Assembly (NCBI GenBank): GCA_002104905.1
Contig: MCFE01000582.1
Location: forward strand, 1 to 56,180
DNA length: 56,180 nt
Origin: Basidiobolus meristosporus CBS 931.73
Taxonomy: Eukaryota > Fungi > Basidiobolomycota
Direction of reading: 5' to 3'
Positions 50,897 through 56,180 of this stretch are shown one piece after another. Each line of letters begins with the position of its first letter. Position 1 is the first letter of the stretch. A model generated the notes under the pieces. The model worked only from the letters and a program-made list of their open reading frames with translations. It made no database searches and had not been told where the DNA came from. Position numbers and translations under genes: made by a program.

Positions 50897-52550
50897 GGTC
50901 AGGAGGGAGACAGTCACCAACAGGTGGAATCTTTATTACAGTTGAAACAAAGAACTCAGCGCTACTGTTGTAGCTTTGATACAAGAGTGTGTAGCTGAGG
51001 GGAATTTGTAGGTAAGTTAATAACAAGTGATGATAGCTCATCAGTGCTCAAGACACTGTTCAGTGGGAAGGGGGGTAGCAAGAGGGGTAAGAATGATTTG
51101 TGAACACCATTAATGAGGGGAATATGATAAGGATTGATATTCATCATAAAGGTAGTGTGCTGCTTCAGATATTGCTGCCAAAGGCCTGTCAAGTACTTCA
51201 GGTAGGCCTGCCTGGGTTTTTCTGACTGCAGAATAAATTGAGCAAACTTCTTGACTTCAGGATCTCCAAGTATGGTTCTCCAGCAGGAGTCAGGTGTAGT
51301 GTGGTGTGTTCTCTTCCAGGCCTTGAACAGTGGGTTGTTGCAGTGGTGAAGTCTGAGATATAATCTGGTTATAAGGTAGAGAAGTCTGATCTTATAGGGC
51401 ATGAACCCAAAAGCACCAAGAATAGCATGTCTGTAGGGGCATTCAGGCAAATGAGGCACCAAGGAGGTAATGCACCATACTGCAAACTTGTCAAGCTTAG
51501 TGCAGTCTCTAGAAGTAAGAGAGAGAAGTGGTAAGCCAAATTCCAGGACAGGGAAGACAAACTGCTTGAGTAGAAGAAGGCAGTTGGGAGCTGAAGTTGT
51601 AGGAGGAGTAACAGCCAGTAGCTTGTGGAGTGCCTGTCTTGCCAGGATAATTCTCTTCTTCAGGTGTGCTCCAGAGTCTAGTCCAGTAGGAAGGAAAGGA
51701 AAGCCAAGATATGTAGCAGAAATCTGAGCAGGTAGAGTGGAGTTCTCCAAGTTGATGGGAGAGCCCAAAGGTACTGTCTTTGCAATGGAAAGCTGGAGAT
51801 TATTCTTCTGCAGATACTGGTGGATGGTCTGGGAGTCTTGTTGCACATTGGAGGAGGATATTCTGATGTCATCAGCAAAGAGAGTAACCAGGCAGTCAGC
51901 TGAGAGTCTTGGGAAATCATTCAGGAAGATAGCAAACAGTATAGGACCAAGCACAGAGCCTTGAACCACTCCATTAGGAACTGAGAACACAGCTGATTGC
52001 TCACTTGGGTGCAGAATTCTTGCTTGTGGATCCAGAAACAGAGGCCTGACAAGGAGGGTGAGAGAGGTACTGGAGAAGCATTGCAACTTGGACCAAAGCA
52101 GATTTCTGTCAACTGAATCAAAGGCCTTAGTAATATCAAACAGAACAGAGGGATACTTGCACTGGAGAGAGTGATCTTGGCTAAGTATGACTGCATATTC
52201 CAAGGAGAGGCCTTGAACAAAGCCAAACTGTGCAGGATGAAACTTGAGGGAGTCAGAGTAGAGCTCCTGAGCAAGCAGTGGCTCAAACACCTTTCTGCAG
52301 GTGGGCAGCAGAGATATTGGCCTGTAGGAGCTAGGATCCAGGTGCTTTCCTTTACCCTTGTACAGTGGCAGAACATTTGCAAAGGACCATTCCTCAGGAG
52401 TGGAAAGCTGGGCTGAGCATTGCTGAAACAGTGGAAGCAGAAGTGCAGACATGGCCTTGGTACTAGTCTTCAGAAGCTCATAGGAGATTGTGTCCACACC
52501 TGGAGCAGTAGAGTTGGGAAGCCTCTTGAGCACATTATGGATTCCCCTTG
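50893..52550 (-). mobile_element. Unit B: 5'-truncated non-LTR retrotransposon
   Basis: RT ORF plus a 3' UTR of about 65 nt with the shared stem-loop terminus. Confidence 0.93.
50962..52533 (-). CDS. Non-LTR reverse transcriptase (open frame, N-terminally truncated, no ATG start)
   Basis: APGVDTI, YRPISLL, QFGF, FDITKAFDSV, GVVQGSVLGP, FADD, TYLGF. No RNase H, CCHC or REL motif is visible in the C-terminus. Confidence 0.95.
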   Translation of the reverse strand: MLKRLPNSTAPGVDTISYELLKTSTKAMSALLLPLFQQCSAQLSTPEEWSFANVLPLYKGKGKHLDPSSYRPISLLPTCRKVFEPLLAQELYSDSLKFHPAQFGFVQGLSLEYAVILSQDHSLQCKYPSVLFDITKAFDSVDRNLLWSKLQCFSSTSLTLLVRPLFLDPQARILHPSEQSAVFSVPNGVVQGSVLGPILFAIFLNDFPRLSADCLVTLFADDIRISSSNVQQDSQTIHQYLQKNNLQLSIAKTVPLGSPINLENSTLPAQISATYLGFPFLPTGLDSGAHLKKRIILARQALHKLLAVTPPTTSAPNCLLLLKQFVFPVLEFGLPLLSLTSRDCTKLDKFAVWCITSLVPHLPECPYRHAILGAFGFMPYKIRLLYLITRLYLRLHHCNNPLFKAWKRTHHTTPDSCWRTILGDPEVKKFAQFILQSEKPRQAYLKYLTGLWQQYLKQHTTFMMNINPYHIPLINGVHKSFLPLLLPPFPLNSVLSTDELSSLVINLPTNSPQLHTLVSKLQQ

Positions 52551-52554
52551 ATCA

Positions 52555-53098
52555 AGTTAGGGGGGAGACAGTCACCAACAGGTGAAATCTTTATTTCAAT
52601 TGAAACAAAGAAGCCAGCGCTACTGTTGTAGCTTTGATACAAGAGTGTGTAGCTGAGGGGAATTAGTAGGTAAGTTAATAAGAAGTGATGATAGTTCTTC
52701 AGTGCTCAAGACACTGTTCAGTGGGAAGGGGGGTAGCAAGAGAGGTAAGAATGACTTGTGAACAACATTAATGAGGGGAATGTGATAAGGATTGATATTC
52801 ATCATAAAGGGAGTGTGCTGCTGCAGATATTGCTGCCAAAGGTCTGTCAAGTACTTCAGGTAGGCCAGCTTGGGTTTTTCTGACTGCAGAATAAATTCAG
52901 CAAACTTCTTGACTTCAGGATCTCCAAGTATAGTTCTCCAGCAGGAACCAGGTGTTGTGTGGTGTGTTCTCTTCCAGGCCTTAATCAGTGGGTTGTTGCA
53001 GTTGTGAAGTCTGAGGTATAATCTGGTTCTAAGGTAGAGAAGTCTGATCTTATAGGGCATAAACCCAAAAGCACCAAGAATAGCATGTCTGTAGGGGC
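52555..53098 (-). mobile_element. Unit C: short 5'-truncated copy of the RT element
   Basis: Repeats the last about 160 codons and the 3' UTR of unit B with scattered substitutions. Confidence 0.93.
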
Positions 53099-53228
53099 TT
53101 AGGGGGAGGGAAAGTCACCAAGGTAGGTGAAATCTTTATTTGATTGCAGACAAGTCTAACTACAAATAAAGAAGCCAGCTGGGAATAGAAGATTCCCAAA
53201 GTAAACACTAAGTTGAATATGAATAAAT

Positions 53229-53957
53229 CTAAGCTAAAGTTAAGGCAGTATCCCAGAGTACACTGGAGTTCAGGTTCATGGGGGAGTGAAGTAGATAAGC
53301 TTGAGAGATATAATAATCTTTGAGAAAGTGGGTAACAGCAGGTGAAGGGGAGTTTTTGATAAGTGAAGTGAATCTTGAGAGCAGAGATTCCTCCAATGAG
53401 AAGGTCTTGTAAACTGGAGAATCAGGAAACTCTTTAAAGGCATGGTCAGTAGGTTCCCAGTAAAACTGGTCAGAGACATTTTGAGAGAACTCTTTAGCAA
53501 TACTTTTGTCAAGTACTACCTCCAGAGTGTGATTGTTGATAAATCTCATGTTAACAATCTTGGATAAATTGTAACCTTGTTGCTTGAGATACATCCTATG
53601 CTCAGATATAGGAATGAACTCCACATTGGCAAAGTAGCAGACAGCCCAGTCAGTAGCAGGAGGCAAATCAGAAGTAGCAGGAAACTTTCTTTTAGTCTTG
53701 GGAGGAGCAGCAGGATGTCTTGAGGAAGCAGGAACAGGCTTTTTGACAGCTTCAGAGTAGGAAGAGTGAGCAGGAGCAGATGATTCTTGGGGAGTCTTGT
53801 TGACAGGAACAGCTGGCAGAGTGACAATAGATTCTTGCAGATCTGAGAAGGCAGAAAACAGCTTTTGAACTTGTTTCTTGAGTAAAGCATTTTCAGCTTC
53901 AACAAGTGCAAGCCTTTCCTCAAGGAAGGAAATCTGAAGGGAATGGAGTGAAGGCAT
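53229..53957 (-). CDS. LINE ORF1-like protein (242 aa)
   Basis: ATG at 53957; coiled coil LEERLALVEAENALLKKQVQKL; SYSEAVKK motif; Pro-rich linker; RRM-like segment RMYLKQQGYNLSKIVNMRFINNHTLEVVL. Confidence 0.75.
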   Translation of the reverse strand: MPSLHSLQISFLEERLALVEAENALLKKQVQKLFSAFSDLQESIVTLPAVPVNKTPQESSAPAHSSYSEAVKKPVPASSRHPAAPPKTKRKFPATSDLPPATDWAVCYFANVEFIPISEHRMYLKQQGYNLSKIVNMRFINNHTLEVVLDKSIAKEFSQNVSDQFYWEPTDHAFKEFPDSPVYKTFSLEESLLSRFTSLIKNSPSPAVTHFLKDYYISQAYLLHSPMNLNSSVLWDTALTLA

Positions 53958-53997
53958 AAGAAATAAGTAGAAGAGGGTAAGATGGGGTGGGTGGGAG

Positions 53998-54326
53998 GGA
54001 AAATTAGCAGGGAGAAGAGAAGGAAGGAGCAAAAATTCCAGAAGTCAGAATTTATAGATGGATGGACAAGGGTAGATGGATGGATTATTCCTGGGTTAGG
54101 AAAATTAGCAGGGAGAAGAGAAGGAAGGAGCAAAAATTCCAGAAGTCAGAATTTATAGATGGATGGACAAGGGTAGATGGATGGATTATTCCTGGGTTAG
54201 GAAAATTAGCAGGGAGAAGAGAAGGAAGGAGCAAAAATTCCAGAAGTCAGAATTTATAGATGGATGGACAAGGGTAGATGGATGGATTATTCCTGGGTTA
54301 GGAAAATTAGCAGGGAGAAGAGAAGG
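53998..54326. repeat. Perfect 101-bp tandem repeat, about 3.2 copies
   Basis: AAATTAGCAGGGAG recurs at 54001, 54102, 54203 and 54304, and the full units are identical. Confidence 0.97.
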
Positions 54327-54368
54327 GTTAGGGTGTAGGTGTTATAGTAAGGGCTAGGAAAAGGTTAG
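54325..54368 (+). repeat. Degenerate TTAGGG-like tract
   Basis: GGGTTAGGGTGTAGGTGTTATAGTAAGGGCTAGGAAAAGGTTAG; only about 1.5 perfect units. Confidence 0.35.
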
Positions 54369-54373
54369 AAGAA

Positions 54374-54441
54374 CAGGGGGTCTGGGGGACGCAGTCCCCT
54401 AGAGAATAAAAAAGCAGGGGGTTTGGGGGATGCAATCCCCC
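54374..54441. repeat. Two direct-repeat GC hairpins with GCA loops
   Basis: GGGGAC-GCA-GTCCCC and GGGGGAT-GCA-ATCCCCC, each preceded by CAGGGGGT(C/T)T. Confidence 0.85.
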
Positions 54442-54959
54442 ATACTGCTCTTATACTCTTTAAATTCCCGTTGGATTACTTTTCTCTCATTCTTGGTTCT
54501 GGTCCCTTAGGGTTAGAATTCCTCCTCCTAACCCTTATCACCCTAACCATAAATATTTTTACCCTACAATTGGCACATTGTCTGCTCATATGGTGGGCAT
54601 GTCTGGGCCAATATTTGTCTCCCTATACTGTCCATACGCTCTGTATAAGTCTTGATGACTATTTAATTAATAAATTGTTATTTTTAATGTATATCTAATA
54701 ATTAATGGGATTCATCCCAATCTGACCACAATCCCATATTTTGATAAGCTTCGGGCACCATAAATTGCGCGGCCCTAATATGATAAAAAAATTCATGGCC
54801 AATACAAATTTTCTGTAACCCAATTGCTTTTACCAAATATAAAGTGTATCCAAAAGTTCAATATATATTATGGCTATATTAGAAACTTTATTTGACACCA
54901 TCGCAACTACTACTTATGTTCTATGCGCACATGTATCCTGCGGGAATTGTAAAACTTAG

Positions 54960-55670
54960 CCACGTGGTACAAAAGTGCTTTTATTTTTCATCATGATAGT
55001 TTTACATGAGTTCCTAACGCACTTTGAAAGTACGCAGTAGCCATACCCCAACAGGTTTTAAGGATGTCCACTAGCTACGTCTACTTGTGTCTAGCGGGAG
55101 CCATCAATCATCAGTCGCGCAATACTGAAATGCTTTTATTTTTCATCATGCTAGTTTTGTATGAATCCCTAACGCACTTTCATAGTGCGCGGTAACCATA
55201 CCCCAACAGGTTTTAAGGATACCCACTTGCTACGTTTACTTGTGTCTAGTGGGAGTCATCAATCATCAGCCGCGCGGTAATAAAGTGCTTTTATTTTTCA
55301 TCATGATAGTTTTACATGAGTCCCTAACGCACTTTTATAGTGCGCGGTAACCATACCCCAACAGGTTTTAAGGATACCCACTTGCTACGTTTACTTGTGT
55401 CTAGCGGGAGTCATCAATCATCAGCCGCGCGGTAATAAAGTGCTTTTATTTTTCATCATGATAGTTTTACATGAGTCCTTAACGCACTTTCATAGTGCGC
55501 GGTAACCATACCCCAACAGGTTTTAAGGATACCCACTTGCTACGTTTACTTGTGTCTAGCGGGAGTTATCAATCATCAGCTGCGCGGTAATAAAGTGCTT
55601 TTATTTTTCATCATGATAGTTTTACATGAGTCCCTAACGCACTTTTATAGTGCGCGGTAACCATACCCCC
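54960..55670. repeat. 155-bp tandem array, about 4.5 copies with decayed flanks
   Basis: (G)TGCTTTTATTTTTCATCATG recurs at 54975, 55130, 55285, 55440 and 55595. Confidence 0.97.
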
Positions 55671-56180
55671 AGAAAGTAGTGTGGATGCTTACTTTAAACG
55701 CTCACTTGTGTATTGTACGGACTATCAACAAACAGCCGCGTGGGAATGGAACATCATAGAGAAGCATTGCTTTGTTGTTAGCAAGTATTGATGCGCAAAT
55801 AGTGGTACTATGTGAATTATTGAGTAACTATTTACTCTAGTTGGTTCCAAGATATTCCTAGACAATATGCTCAAAATCAATATTAGCATCAATAGCTTGC
55901 TCTTTGATCACTAAACCACCGCACCCAATATGCGGTGGCCTTGGTTTTGTCTAGCCGTTGAGGATTGAAACCAGAGTACAGTCACAAGAGAGGCAAAAGT
56001 GAAATGTGATGAAGTGTATATGAAAGTAATATAAATCTACAGGACAGAAGAGAACAACTAGTAGTTAAACAGCACTCACTGACACTCCACCGAGTAGAGC
56101 ACCAACACGGACAATAAACAAGTCATGAGGGAAAGCTTAAGGACCGCTACTCGGGGATCAAGACCAAAAGAGGAAGCTGC

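Larger units (their letters stand above)
53099..54326 (-). mobile_element. Unit D: ORF1-only non-autonomous element with tandem 5' monomers
   Basis: One ORF followed after about 130 nt by the same 3' terminus as the RT units. It has no RT sequence. Confidence 0.8.

Noticed and set aside
53546-54357. ORFs made of the 101-bp monomers (MDKGRWMDYSW..., MLLPSLLPANF...)
   Set aside because: Translations of a non-coding tandem repeat; the real ORF1 ATG is at 53957.
54762-54778. AAATTGCGCGGCCCTA, resembling a hAT terminal inverted repeat
   Set aside because: No matching partner end or 8-bp TSD was found in the window.
54960-55670. Hammerhead ribozyme/retrozyme or CRISPR reading of the 155-bp array (CTGATGA on the minus strand)
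   Set aside because: No stem II closed by C-GAAA follows the CTGATGA, and the units have no unique spacers or cas genes.

Overview
Gene-dense eukaryotic DNA from an intron-rich fungus with short (about 50-65 nt) GT-AG introns. An early-diverging (Zoopagomycota/Mucoromycota-like) origin is my inference and is not proven. Housekeeping genes found: the 5' part of an ABCC transporter, a class-3 lipase, eIF1A, RPS30, an SDR, HEM1, allantoicase, MDM31, an HSF-type transcription factor, two tandem beta-carbonic anhydrases and a TGL1-like lipase. Orphan genes found: a GPI-type protein, a prion-like repeat protein, a long coiled-coil protein, a small ribbon-helix-helix-like ORF and two related Cys-rich proteins. 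Two CpG-depleted repeat islands interrupt the genes. (1) 18.8-21.3 kb is a nested cluster of copia-type solo LTRs with readable 5-bp TSDs. (2) 50.3-55.7 kb holds a copia 5' end with a Ty5-type PBS, cut off by a head-to-tail array of non-LTR elements. The array mixes RT-bearing and ORF1-only units that share a 3' stem-loop and a CCCTAA-like tail. It is followed by telomere-like motifs, twin GCA-triloop hairpins and a 155-bp tandem array. This two-component retroelement array is the best candidate for an undescribed system. Exon boundaries were read by eye and are approximate where stated.
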